A stretch of 64,000 nucleotides of DNA from Verrucomicrobiota bacterium (GTDB lineage: Bacteria > Verrucomicrobiota > Verrucomicrobiia > Limisphaerales > Palsa-1400), in the NCBI GenBank assembly GCA_049510745.1, contig JBEKYR010000009.1:64001-128000 (forward strand). The letters run 5' to 3'. The position numbers and the translations under genes were made by a program. The first letter of the stretch is position 1. The number at the start of each line of letters is the position of its first letter. The notes under the pieces were generated by a model. It worked only from the letters and a program-made list of their open reading frames with translations, ran no database searches and was not told the origin of the DNA. Below are positions 19,068-28,890 of this stretch, one piece after another.

Positions 19068-19394
19068 TCAGGCGCGACGCGCCAAAAGCCGGCTGCGGAC
19101 GCCGTCAGGATCGAACCGGCGCTCGTTTTCGGCGGCGGTGGCTTTCCGTTGCTCTGCGCGCTGGTTGAGGTAAGCGGTCACTTCCACCTGATGATGGAGC
19201 AAATATCCAATCACCGAATAGACATCCGCCAGCACCAGACTGGGATATTGCTGGACGATTTCCTCGGCTGTCGCGCCCTCACGAAACGCCTCCGCCACCG
19301 TGTCCAAAGTCACGCGGGTGCCTCCCACGCGAATCACGCCGTCGCTTTCAACCGAAAGCGGAACGCGCTCTGCCTGTTCCAAAGTCAAGCTCAC
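19068..19394 (-). CDS. DUF433 domain protein
   Basis: IRVGGTRVTLDTV...GATAEEIVQQYPSL.LADVY. Confidence 0.88.
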   Translation of the reverse strand: MSLTLEQAERVPLSVESDGVIRVGGTRVTLDTVAEAFREGATAEEIVQQYPSLVLADVYSVIGYLLHHQVEVTAYLNQRAEQRKATAAENERRFDPDGVRSRLLARRA

Positions 19395-19492
19395 GATGCC
19401 ATCAATCTACCCCGCAAGGCGCCAAATGCCAAGGCCGAAGGTGGAGAAGGAAGAAGCTTGCCAGATGGAACGCTCAATGTTATTTTTTATGC

Positions 19493-19714
19493 ATGACCAC
19501 CATGGTCGAAGCCATTTACGAAAATGGAGTGTTGAAGCTCCTCCGCCCGTTGCCTTTGAAGGAAAAGACTCAGGTCGTCATCATGATTCAGTCCAAAGGC
19601 GAACTTGGCGAGGCGAACGAACGAGAGGCGTGGCTGCGGTTATCCGAGGAGACTTTGACGAAAGCTTGGAGCAACCCGGCAGACGATGTCTTTAATGAGC
19701 TTCTCCATAGCTGA
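19493..19714 (+). CDS. putative antitoxin (DUF104/AF2212-like N-terminus)
   Basis: VEAIYENGVLKLLRPLPL; acidic tail AWSNPADDVF; overlaps toxin gene. Confidence 0.8.
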   Translation: MTTMVEAIYENGVLKLLRPLPLKEKTQVVIMIQSKGELGEANEREAWLRLSEETLTKAWSNPADDVFNELLHS

Positions 19715-20012
19715 GGTCATTCTTCTGCCGATTCCGTTCACTGATTTGACCAGCCGCAAGGTGCGGCCGGCCGTCGTCGTCGGCCACAGCAGTTTTGCGG
19801 GCGACCTTTTCGTGGTTCCGATTTCCTCGCAGTTACAGAATGTGGATTTGGCTCTGTTGGATTGGCGCGCAGCCGGACTGAATGTTCCTTGCGGACTTAA
19901 GCCTCAACTCGCAACCATCGAAACCAGGTTGGTGGTTAAAGCCATTGGGGTTCTCTCTCCCCGCGACCAGGTCGCATGCAAGAATCGGCTCCGGGCTTGG
20001 CTTGAATTGTAA
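19695..20012 (+). CDS. PemK/MazF family toxin
   Basis: PFTDLTSRKVRPAVVV, VPISSQ. Confidence 0.88.
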   Translation: MSFSIAEVILLPIPFTDLTSRKVRPAVVVGHSSFAGDLFVVPISSQLQNVDLALLDWRAAGLNVPCGLKPQLATIETRLVVKAIGVLSPRDQVACKNRLRAWLEL

Positions 20013-20024
20013 TCCGTTACATTC

Positions 20025-21140
20025 ATGAATGCGTGTCCTCGGAATGAAATGTTCGCCCGCCTTCCCCGGATGATGCCGGCCGCAAGCAAGCCATTTTTAT
20101 TGCCGGTTGCTCTGGGATTGTTAAGTCTGGCAACGGTCAGGCTGTCCGCCGCCCAACCGGGTTTGCTGAGGGCCGAGTTTGTTTTCGACTCCGCGCCCTT
20201 TCCACAATGTCACGCCTCCACCATCGTCGAAACCAAAGGCGGTTTGGCCGCCGCGTGGTTTGGCGGCAGCCACGAAAAAAGCCCGGACGTGGGTATCTGG
20301 CTCTCCAGGCACATCGACGGCAAATGGACCGCGCCGGTGGAAGTCGCCAACGGAGCGCAAACTCCTGCCAAACGTTATCCTTGTTGGAATCCGGTTCTTT
20401 TTCAGCCTCGCACCGGCCCGTTGCTGCTCTTTTACAAGGTTGGGCCCGACCCCAAAGGCTGGTGGGGCATGCTCATGACCAGCTCCGATTACGGCAAAAG
20501 TTGGTCCATTCCAAGCCGCCTGCCGGAGAACATCATTGGGCCTGTGAAGAATAAGCCCGTGCAACTGGCCAACGGCGATATTCTCTGCGGCTCGAGCACC
20601 GAGGAAGCGGGTTGGCAGGTTCGTTTCGAGCGGACGAGCGACCTTGGCAAAACCTGGGAGAGAACCGGGCCAATCAACCAGCCCAATGAAATCGGGGCCA
20701 TCCAACCCAGCCTTCTCTTTCACCCAGCCAATCGCTTGCAGGCCCTTGGACGCACCCGGCAGGGAAAAATCTTCGAAACCTGGTCGGAAGACAATGGCAA
20801 GACCTGGGGCAAACTGACTTTAACCGCGCTCCCCAATCCCGACTCCGGCATCGACGCCGTCACGCTTCGGGATGGCCGTCAACTCCTGGTCTATAATCAC
20901 ACCGCCAATGGCCGCAGTCCGCTCAACATCGCTCTCTCGGCCGACGGCAAGCATTGGCAGGCCGCGTTGACCTTGGAGGACGAGCCGGGCAAGGAATTCT
21001 CCTACCCGGCGGTCATTCAAACGAGGGACGGCCTGGTGCATATTGTTTATACCTGGAATCGGAAGCGCATCAAACACGTCGTCGTCGAACCGGGCAAGCT
21101 GGCGTTGAGGCCGATGGAAAATGGAAATTGGCCCCGGTGA
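20025..21140 (+). CDS. BNR/Asp-box sialidase-family protein (start may be about 20070)
   Basis: CHASTIVE, SSDYGKSW, TSDLGKTW, SEDNGKTW, SYPAVIQ. Confidence 0.88.
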   Translation: MNACPRNEMFARLPRMMPAASKPFLLPVALGLLSLATVRLSAAQPGLLRAEFVFDSAPFPQCHASTIVETKGGLAAAWFGGSHEKSPDVGIWLSRHIDGKWTAPVEVANGAQTPAKRYPCWNPVLFQPRTGPLLLFYKVGPDPKGWWGMLMTSSDYGKSWSIPSRLPENIIGPVKNKPVQLANGDILCGSSTEEAGWQVRFERTSDLGKTWERTGPINQPNEIGAIQPSLLFHPANRLQALGRTRQGKIFETWSEDNGKTWGKLTLTALPNPDSGIDAVTLRDGRQLLVYNHTANGRSPLNIALSADGKHWQAALTLEDEPGKEFSYPAVIQTRDGLVHIVYTWNRKRIKHVVVEPGKLALRPMENGNWPR

Positions 21141-21202
21141 GCACAACCAGGTTCTGTGGTTTAACGGCTTGACCGTTATGTGAAACATGTTATCCTGAAG
21201 GC

Positions 21203-21475
21203 ATGAAAACGATCAGCATTCGGGATTTGCGCCAGAAATGGCCGGAGGCCGAATCGCGGCTGCAAGTGGAAAAGGAAATCATCATCACCCGCGACACCAA
21301 ACCGGTGGCCAAGCTGGTGCGTTACGTGGAACCGGAGAAAGCGCGCCGGCGCTTCGATCCGGCGGCCCATGCCAAATGGCAGAAGAAATGGAACGGCGGA
21401 AGAATTGTCCGGTTAGTGGACAAATACTTGCCGGCCGCCCGCGAAGACCGCCCGCTCATCCGTAAAGGCCGATGA
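21203..21475 (+). CDS. Phd/YefM-like antitoxin
   Basis: MKTISIRDL...IIITRDTKPVAKL; TTGACC-16-TATCCT 6 nt before ATG. Confidence 0.82.
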   Translation: MKTISIRDLRQKWPEAESRLQVEKEIIITRDTKPVAKLVRYVEPEKARRRFDPAAHAKWQKKWNGGRIVRLVDKYLPAAREDRPLIRKGR

Positions 21476-21900
21476 TTTATCTCGATAGCAGTTCCCTGTT
21501 GAAGTTGTTCCATGACGAGCCTGAAAGCGCCGGCGTCCGCCACGCCGTGGCGGCGGAATCCGAGGTGATTGTGTCGGCGCTGGCCCGACTGGAATCACGC
21601 ATCCAGCTCAAGTCCGCCTGGCTGGGAGGCGACTACGGGAAAGCCCGTTACCTGGCCTTTGTGAAGAGACTCGATGAGCTTGCGGAAACCGCCCCGTTCC
21701 GTTTTGTGGATTTGGCGGGAAGCGTTTTTTCGACGGCCCTCCGTCAGGATTGGGGAGCCGGATCGCTTCATGTGCGGCTGCTGGACCGCCTGCATCTGGC
21801 GGCCATGGAGGAACTGGGGGCGCGCCGGTTGATGACCAACGACGCGCATCAGGCGGCGGCGGCAAAAGCCCTGGGATGGGAAGTGCTTGTGCCTGGGTGA
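21472..21900 (+). CDS. VapC/PIN toxin
   Basis: IYLDSSSLLK, LDRLHLAA, TNDAHQAAAA; ATGA overlap with antitoxin. Confidence 0.88.
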   Translation: MIYLDSSSLLKLFHDEPESAGVRHAVAAESEVIVSALARLESRIQLKSAWLGGDYGKARYLAFVKRLDELAETAPFRFVDLAGSVFSTALRQDWGAGSLHVRLLDRLHLAAMEELGARRLMTNDAHQAAAAKALGWEVLVPG

Positions 21901-22000
21901 TTAGCGGAATCACAAACACCGCCGCAGCGCGATCAAGGTTGAATTTGAGCTGTTTCATGGTTGCGACCGGGCCGGAGGTCGTTTAAGCTCAATTTTGCTT

Positions 22001-23371
22001 ATGACGCTCACTGAGAAGATTTTAGCTCGCGCCGCGGGCAAGAGCCGGGTCGCGGCGGGCGATAATGTCTGGGTCAAGGCCGACCTCCTGATGACCCATG
22101 ATGTCTGCGGGCCGGGCACCATCGGCGTCTTTAAACGCGAGTTCGGCCCCGCCGCCAAAGTCTGGGACCGCACCCGCGTGGTCATCATCCCGGACCATTA
22201 CATTTTTACGGCCGACTCCAAGTCCAATCGCAACGTCGATCTCCTGCGCGACTTCGTGCGGGAGCAGAATATCACTTATTTCTACGACGTGATTGACGAT
22301 CCCAATGGCACATGGAAGTTCGATCCCGGCAAAGGGCCGTTGCAGCGCCAATACGGCTCGCACTACGCCGGCGTCTGCCACACCGCCCTGCCGCAGAAGG
22401 GCCACACCCGGCCCGGCGAAATCCTTTTCGGGACCGATTCCCATACCTGCATGGCAGGCGCCTTCAACGAGTTCGCCACCGGCATCGGCAACACCGACGC
22501 CGGCTTCGTCATGGGCACCGGCAAATTGCTCCTGAAAGTTCCCGAATCCATGCATTTCCGCCTCGAAGGCAAATTGCAGCGGGGCGTCATGGCGAAGGAC
22601 ATCATTTTGCATTGCATCGGCGAAATTGGCTTCGACGGCGCCACTTATCGCGCCATGCAGTTTGACGGCGAAGGCGTCAAGCATTTGTCCATGGACGACC
22701 GGATGACCATCGCCAACATGGCGATCGAGGCCGGCGGCAAAAACGGGATTTTTGAATTTGACGAACAGACCAGGACGGCGGTGGACTATCGCTGCAAGCT
22801 CAACGGCACCCGGGCCGCTTACGAACCGGTCGAGCGGGACGCCGGCGAGAAATTCGTCTATGAACTGGTGGTCGATCTCTCCAAACTGGAGCCGACCGTC
22901 GCCTGCCATCCCGATCCGGGCCGGCGCAAATTGGCCAGGGAAATGACTTCCCTCAAGCTGGACCGCGCCTATGTCGGCTCCTGCACCGGCGGCAAGACGA
23001 GTGACTTCCTGGAAGCCGCCCGCGTCTTGCGCGGACGCAAAGTGGTCATCGACACCTTTGGTGTCCCGGCCACGCCGGAAATCGTGCATGACTTGCAGAC
23101 CGCCCGCTGGGGCGACAAGTCGGTCTGGCAAATCCTGGTGGACGCAGGGGTGCAAATGACGGAAAACGCCGGTTGCGCCGCCTGCCTGGGTGGGCCGGTC
23201 GATACCTTCGGGCGAATGAACGCCCCGCTCAAGTGCATCAGCGCCACCAACCGCAATTTCCCCGGCCGCATGGGCCACCGGGAGTCACAGGTGTTTCTGG
23301 CCTCGCCCGCCACGGTGGCGGCCAGCGCGTTGACCGGACACATCACCGACCCTCGCGAGTATTTGAGCTGA
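22001..23371 (+). CDS. leuC: 3-isopropylmalate dehydratase large subunit
   Basis: HDVCGPG, TDSHTC, GSCTGG, CAACLG, TNRNFPGRMG. Confidence 0.9.
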   Translation: MTLTEKILARAAGKSRVAAGDNVWVKADLLMTHDVCGPGTIGVFKREFGPAAKVWDRTRVVIIPDHYIFTADSKSNRNVDLLRDFVREQNITYFYDVIDDPNGTWKFDPGKGPLQRQYGSHYAGVCHTALPQKGHTRPGEILFGTDSHTCMAGAFNEFATGIGNTDAGFVMGTGKLLLKVPESMHFRLEGKLQRGVMAKDIILHCIGEIGFDGATYRAMQFDGEGVKHLSMDDRMTIANMAIEAGGKNGIFEFDEQTRTAVDYRCKLNGTRAAYEPVERDAGEKFVYELVVDLSKLEPTVACHPDPGRRKLAREMTSLKLDRAYVGSCTGGKTSDFLEAARVLRGRKVVIDTFGVPATPEIVHDLQTARWGDKSVWQILVDAGVQMTENAGCAACLGGPVDTFGRMNAPLKCISATNRNFPGRMGHRESQVFLASPATVAASALTGHITDPREYLS

Positions 23372-23389
23372 TTTTTCGGGATTGTCATT

Positions 23390-25297
23390 GTGCAACAGGC
23401 GACTTTGGAGGCGCCTCCTCTGGGCGGCGCGCGCGAGCGGATTGACGCATGGTGTGAACGCGCCATTCTCGCCCTGGTGCTCTTTATCCTTGTCTGGAGC
23501 CCCCTGGCCCTCGGTTCCACCCGTCCCCTGGAATTCCTGGTGATTCAAGGCCTGACGGTTGTGGCGGTGGCGCTCTGGGCGGTGCGGCTCTGGACTCAGC
23601 ACCCCTTCCGGCTGCTATGGCCGCCGATGTGCTGGGCGGTGCTGGCCTTTGTCCTCTACGCCTTGGCCCGTTGTCCCTTGGTGCCGGTGGAATATGTCGG
23701 TCGGCAGCAGTTGACGCATGTCCTGGTTTACGCCGCGTGGTTTGTCGTTGTTCTCAACAACCTGACCCGCCGGGAATCGGCGATGATCGTGAGCCTGACA
23801 CTGATCGCCGTCGGGACGGCGCTTTCCTTCTTCGCCATGTTTCAATTTGCCACGCACTCCCCGAACATTTGGGGAGAACCCCGGCCGGAACAGTATCTCC
23901 CGCGGGGCAGCGGGACTTTTATCAACCCCAACAGCCTGGCCGGCTATCTGGGAATGCTCGTGCCGCTGGCGCTGGCCTATACGGTCATGAGCCGGCTCTC
24001 GGCCACGATCAAGGTCTTGCTGGCTTACAGCGCCGTCGCCATGCTGGTGGGCATCGTCCTCACCGTCTCGCGCGGCGGCTTGGTCGCGGCAAGCGTCGCG
24101 CTGGTGCTCTTTTGCCTGGTTCTGGTCGTGCAGCGGGATTTTTGGCTGCCGGCGATTGTCACCGGCTGTTTGTTGTTGGCGGCGGGTTTTTGCTTCACCA
24201 ACCAGGTCAGTTCCGTGCAGCGACGCTTCGCCCAGGCGTTCCGCAATGATACGGTCGAGGATGATCGGATGTTCTATTGGATGGGCGCCCGGCAATTGTT
24301 CGCCGGCAATAGGCTCTGGGGAGTGGGACCGGGCCACTTCGATGTCGAGTTCCCCAAGGTGCGCCCCACTTCCATTCAAAACCGTCCCGAGTACGCGCAC
24401 AATGATTACCTCAATACGCTCTGCGAATGGGGCGTGGCGGGCATGGCCATTATTGCGGCGGCTTGCGCTTTGCTTTTCTTCGGCGCCTTCAAAGTCTGGC
24501 GCGCCGTGCGCAAAGACCATCATGACCTCGCCTCCAGGCCCAGCGACAGGGCCGCTTTTGTCGTGGGCGCTTCCGCCGGCCTGATCGGCGTCATGCTCCA
24601 TTGCGCGGTGGAGTTCAACATGCAGATCCCCGCCACCGCCATCACGGCCGTCGCGCTCATGGCCCTGCTCACGGCCCAATGGCGCTTTGCCACCGAACAC
24701 TTCTGGCGCAATCCCGGCCGCGTCGGAAAAATCCTCTTGACCGCCCTGGCCGCGGCCGCGGCGGGTTCTCTCGCTCTGAAGGGCCTCCAACGCGGCATCG
24801 AAGCCTGGTGGCTCTGGCGGGCGGATACCGAGACGGCCTCCTGGGAGCAAGTCCTGGCCGACCTGAAGAAGGCGCACCAGGCCGATCCCACCAACGCCGA
24901 AACGGACATTGCGCTGGGCGAGAACTGCCGCCTGCTCAGTCTGGAGGCCAATCCGGGCTATGAAGACAAGGCCAGGGAAGCCATCCAGTGGTTCGACAAA
25001 GCCATGCAGTTGAACCCCTTCGACGCCCTGGCCCCATTGCGCCGCGGCATGTGCCTGGACTGGATTGGACAATCGCAGCAAGCCAGCCCGTTTTTCGATC
25101 TGGCGGCGCGGCGCGACCCCAACGACTCTTACATCGCCACCGAAGTGGGACGCCATTACGTTGCCCTGCGAGAGTACACGATGGCGTCATGGTGGTTCCA
25201 ACGGTCCCTGAACCTCTCCTGGACCCTGTTCGCCTACGAAGAATGGCAACTGGTGGAGAGCCGGATGGGGAACCCCCTTGATAATGCGCCAAAATAG
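23390..25297 (+). CDS. O-antigen ligase family protein with C-terminal TPRs
   Basis: multi-TM; NPNSLAG, TVSRGG, AHNDYL; TPR-like tail. Confidence 0.88.
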   Translation: MQQATLEAPPLGGARERIDAWCERAILALVLFILVWSPLALGSTRPLEFLVIQGLTVVAVALWAVRLWTQHPFRLLWPPMCWAVLAFVLYALARCPLVPVEYVGRQQLTHVLVYAAWFVVVLNNLTRRESAMIVSLTLIAVGTALSFFAMFQFATHSPNIWGEPRPEQYLPRGSGTFINPNSLAGYLGMLVPLALAYTVMSRLSATIKVLLAYSAVAMLVGIVLTVSRGGLVAASVALVLFCLVLVVQRDFWLPAIVTGCLLLAAGFCFTNQVSSVQRRFAQAFRNDTVEDDRMFYWMGARQLFAGNRLWGVGPGHFDVEFPKVRPTSIQNRPEYAHNDYLNTLCEWGVAGMAIIAAACALLFFGAFKVWRAVRKDHHDLASRPSDRAAFVVGASAGLIGVMLHCAVEFNMQIPATAITAVALMALLTAQWRFATEHFWRNPGRVGKILLTALAAAAAGSLALKGLQRGIEAWWLWRADTETASWEQVLADLKKAHQADPTNAETDIALGENCRLLSLEANPGYEDKAREAIQWFDKAMQLNPFDALAPLRRGMCLDWIGQSQQASPFFDLAARRDPNDSYIATEVGRHYVALREYTMASWWFQRSLNLSWTLFAYEEWQLVESRMGNPLDNAPK

Positions 25298-25412
25298 GGG
25301 ATCGGACCACGATCAAGCGAAAATCATTTTGCCGCATCCGATACTTGCATTCTGCCCCAAGGCACTCCATGCTGGGGCCGGAAAACAATTTATTGGTCGT
25401 TCTGCAGGTTAG

Positions 25413-27104
25413 ATGAACACATCGCCAGAATCTGAATTGGACCTCGAAAAGCTCTTTCTCCCGGCTTGGGCGCAAGACTCCTCCAAGGTCAACCGCTATG
25501 CCAACTTCGCGGGGGACGACCGGCGCGAACGCTCCTTCGACGACCGCAGAGGCGCCCGCCCGCCCCGCCGCGACAGGCCCGCAGGCCCGAGACCCAGAGG
25601 CCCCCGCCCCGAGGGCGCCGCCCAGGGAAGACGCCGCCCCGAAGCGGCCGGCCCGGCCGAACAGGCTCCCAGGCGCGAACCGCCGCCTCCGCCCCCCGAT
25701 ATCGCCGTCGTTCTCCTTCCGGACGACAAGGGCGTGGAATCGCTCGCCCGCCAGATTCGCGTGACGGGCCGCGCCTATCCTCTATTTGACATCGCCCAAT
25801 TGATTTTGCAGAGACCGGAGCGCCAGCAGGTCCGCTTCGAGGTCAAGAAGAACGCGGAGGGCAAGCCCCTCCAGCCCCTCTTCCTTTGCGCCCTGGACGA
25901 CACCCTCTGGCTCTCCGAGGACGAGGCCGTGGCTCATATCCTGGCCCGCCATTTCGACACCTTCTACCAGGCCGAACGGACGGCGACCGAGCCGCCGCGG
26001 GGAACCTACACCTTCGTCGCCCAATGCGGCCTCAGCGGGGCGATCCTGGGTCCCCCCAACTACCACGATTACCAGAATCAATTGCGCAAACTCCACGCCG
26101 AACGATTCTCCCGCATGCCTTTCGAGGCCTTCAAGGCCCGCGTCAAGATCGTCAAGGACGAGGCCGTCGTCAAAAAATGGATCGAAGATCACAGCTTCAA
26201 GACCGAATACAACTGCCTCAACGTGCCCGAACCGCGCCGCCTGGCCAACCGCGAGGAGTTGGAACGCCATTTCCGCGAAGTCCACCTCCCCAACGTCGTC
26301 AAATCGGTCGATTCCCACACCCTCAGCGGCGCCGCCGCCCGCCAACTCCGCTCGCCCGGTTTGCAGCGCGCCTTGCGCCTCGTCTCCGAGGACCAGCGCC
26401 GCTTCCCCTTGCAGGTCGCCACCGTTTTGAGCCAGCAATTCGCCTCCTACGGTTTGCAGTTCTTCAAGGTCAACCGCACCGTCACCCATGTCTCGGTCGC
26501 CCGGCCCCGCTTTTTGGACCTCGACGCCACCCCGGCTTCCGAAGGTGTCAAGCGCATTGTTCAATTCATCAACGCCCACCCCAAATGCACCCGCCGCATG
26601 TTGCTCGACACCCTGGCCCCTTCACCCGCCCCCGCCGCCGCGCCACCTGCCCCGGCCGGCGCCCCGGCCGGCGCTCCGGCTGACGCCCCAACTCCGCCGC
26701 CCGCCCCCGAAGCCGCGCCGGAACAAACCGCGCTGGCCAGCGATTTGCATTGGCTCGTTCACGAAGGTCACGTCATCGAGTTTGCCAACGGCACCCTGGA
26801 AACCGCCAAACGGCCCGTTCCCAGGCCGCCCAAGCCGGACAAGAAACCCGAAGCAGCCCCCGCCACGGACGCCGCTCCCGCCAGCGCCGAAGCGCCCGCG
26901 GAAACTCCGGCGGCCAGCGCCCTTGAAACCGCTCCGCCCGCTCCGCCCGCAACCGCCGCAGAAGCCGCTCCCGTCGGCGCCGAAGCTCCCGCGGAAGCTC
27001 CGGCGGCCAGCGCCCTTGAAAGCGCGCCGCCCGCTCCGCCCGCAACCGCCGCCGACTCCCCCGCGCCGCCGGCGCCCGGCCCCGCCCCGGAAACCGGCGC
27101 CTGA
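25413..27104 (+). CDS. hypothetical protein with Arg/Pro-rich N-terminus and Pro/Ala-rich tail
   Basis: long ORF with GC3 bias; ~75-nt direct repeat at about 26885-26960 and 26978-27052. Confidence 0.8.
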   Translation: MNTSPESELDLEKLFLPAWAQDSSKVNRYANFAGDDRRERSFDDRRGARPPRRDRPAGPRPRGPRPEGAAQGRRRPEAAGPAEQAPRREPPPPPPDIAVVLLPDDKGVESLARQIRVTGRAYPLFDIAQLILQRPERQQVRFEVKKNAEGKPLQPLFLCALDDTLWLSEDEAVAHILARHFDTFYQAERTATEPPRGTYTFVAQCGLSGAILGPPNYHDYQNQLRKLHAERFSRMPFEAFKARVKIVKDEAVVKKWIEDHSFKTEYNCLNVPEPRRLANREELERHFREVHLPNVVKSVDSHTLSGAAARQLRSPGLQRALRLVSEDQRRFPLQVATVLSQQFASYGLQFFKVNRTVTHVSVARPRFLDLDATPASEGVKRIVQFINAHPKCTRRMLLDTLAPSPAPAAAPPAPAGAPAGAPADAPTPPPAPEAAPEQTALASDLHWLVHEGHVIEFANGTLETAKRPVPRPPKPDKKPEAAPATDAAPASAEAPAETPAASALETAPPAPPATAAEAAPVGAEAPAEAPAASALESAPPAPPATAADSPAPPAPGPAPETGA

Positions 27105-27152
27105 CCCTGTCAAACAGCTTGCCCAAACCGGGCAGCCAGACGATCTTACACC

Positions 27153-28385
27153 ATGCCTTTTACTAAATTCGGCCTCTCTCCGGCGACTCTGCAAGGAGTC
27201 AAGGCGATGGGCTTCATCGAACCCACCCCCGTCCAACTGCGGGCCATTCCCTTGATCATGGCCGGCCACGATGTCATCGGCAGCGCCCAAACCGGCACCG
27301 GCAAGACCGCCGCCTTCGCCCTCCCCATCCTCTCCCTGCTCGGCGAGCACGAGCCAAAGACCCGCTGCCTGGTCCTGGAGCCAACCCGCGAATTGGCCGC
27401 CCAGGTCGAAACCGCCATCCACGATTTCGCCCGCTTCACCCGCCTCCGCACCGCCGTCGTTTACGGCGGCGTCGGTTACGGCAAGCAACTCGACGCCCTC
27501 CGCGCCGGCGCCGACGTCATTATCGCCACGCCCGGCCGTCTGCTCGACCACATGGAACGCGGCGCCTGCCGCCTCGATTCCGTCAAATACCTCGTCCTTG
27601 ATGAAGCCGACCGGATGCTCGACATGGGGTTCCTGCCCGATGTCAAGCGCATTGTCCAGAAATGTCCCCGCGAACGCCACACCTCCCTTTTCTCCGCCAC
27701 CATTCCCCCGGAGATCGAGACCTTGATCCAGTGGGCCATGAAAAATCCGCAGACGGTGGAAATCGGCGCCCGCCGCACCCCCGCCGAAACGGTCGAGCAC
27801 GTCATCTACCCCGTTGCCGAGACGCAGAAGCAGGCCCTGCTCCTCGAATTGCTCGAACGCGTCCAATACGAATCGGTCATCGTTTTTTGCCGCACCAAAC
27901 ATCGCGCCGACCAGATCGCCCACCTCCTCAAGAAAAACAACCACGCCGTCGCCGTCCTCCATTCCAACCGCACCCAGCGCGAACGCGAGGACGCCCTGCG
28001 CGGCTTCCGCCAGGGACACTACGAAGCCCTGGTCGCCACCGACATTGCCTCCCGCGGCCTGGACATCGCCGATGTCAGCCACGTTGTCAACTACGACGTG
28101 CCCCAGCATCCGGAAGATTACATCCATCGCATTGGCCGCACCGGCCGGGCCGAGCACTCGGGAGACGCCTTCACCCTGATGGTCGCGGCCGACGCCCCGC
28201 ACGTTTATGCCATCGAGCGGTTCATAGGCAAAAAGATCGTCCGCCTCAAACTCGACAAGTTTGATTATCAGTACACCGCGCTCTTTGAAGAGGAGAAGCC
28301 GGGACAGAAAGGCTCTTTTCCCGGCAAAGTCCGTGGCGCCCGCATCCGTGGCGGCTATTTCTTCGGCCCGGCCCGAAGGCGCTAA
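27153..28385 (+). CDS. DEAD-box RNA helicase (RhlE-like)
   Basis: AQTGTGKT, PTRELA, DEAD, SAT, HRIGRTGR. Confidence 0.95.
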   Translation: MPFTKFGLSPATLQGVKAMGFIEPTPVQLRAIPLIMAGHDVIGSAQTGTGKTAAFALPILSLLGEHEPKTRCLVLEPTRELAAQVETAIHDFARFTRLRTAVVYGGVGYGKQLDALRAGADVIIATPGRLLDHMERGACRLDSVKYLVLDEADRMLDMGFLPDVKRIVQKCPRERHTSLFSATIPPEIETLIQWAMKNPQTVEIGARRTPAETVEHVIYPVAETQKQALLLELLERVQYESVIVFCRTKHRADQIAHLLKKNNHAVAVLHSNRTQREREDALRGFRQGHYEALVATDIASRGLDIADVSHVVNYDVPQHPEDYIHRIGRTGRAEHSGDAFTLMVAADAPHVYAIERFIGKKIVRLKLDKFDYQYTALFEEEKPGQKGSFPGKVRGARIRGGYFFGPARRR

Positions 28386-28527
28386 CCGCAATTCCCGGTT
28401 TTCTTCTAAGTAACTCATTCTGAAGATGCTGGTCAGCAACAACTTGCAAAACTTAGAAAAATGCGCTTTTGGCGGCGGAAATGGTCACAGTTACCTTCCT
28501 CCGCCCGCCACTTGTGGTTGATTTGCT

Positions 28528-28557
28528 TAATCGTAATCGCAATCGTAATCGTAATCT
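28528..28557. repeat. TAATCG hexamer tandem x5
   Basis: taatcg taatcg caatcg taatcg taatct. Confidence 0.9.
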
Positions 28558-28890
28558 AGCCTGCTCGAAATCTGTCTTCGATCGGCGGACCCCACATTCG
28601 GTAGGGACGCGGTGCCCCGCCGCTGACCTCTCCCCCGCCAGCGGAACCCCTTCGACAATGAAATTAGGAGCGCGACCGTTTTATCGCGCCGACTCGTCGC
28701 GCCAAAGCAAAGCGACGGCGGAACCCGAGCGCGCATCATAAGCGTCAGAGCGCATAATGCTTATGCAACTCTCATGGCAAAACCCAGAGGTGCCAGAGAG
28801 GACGCTTGTTTTTAATCCCTGCCTTGTGGCAGCGCTACTCGGTGAGCCGTCACTTTTTTGCCAAATCCGTGAGATGGCTGTGAATTTGGT

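Noticed and set aside
19068..21900. Integron cassette array
   Set aside because: No attC-like structures in the short intergenic gaps.
26885..27052. ~75-nt direct repeat as a regulatory or mobile element
   Set aside because: In-frame duplication (93-nt period) within a low-complexity Pro/Ala tail.
28748..28770. dif site (GCGCATAA-TGC-TTATGCAAC)
   Set aside because: Central spacer is 3 nt rather than 6 and the XerD arm matches poorly.
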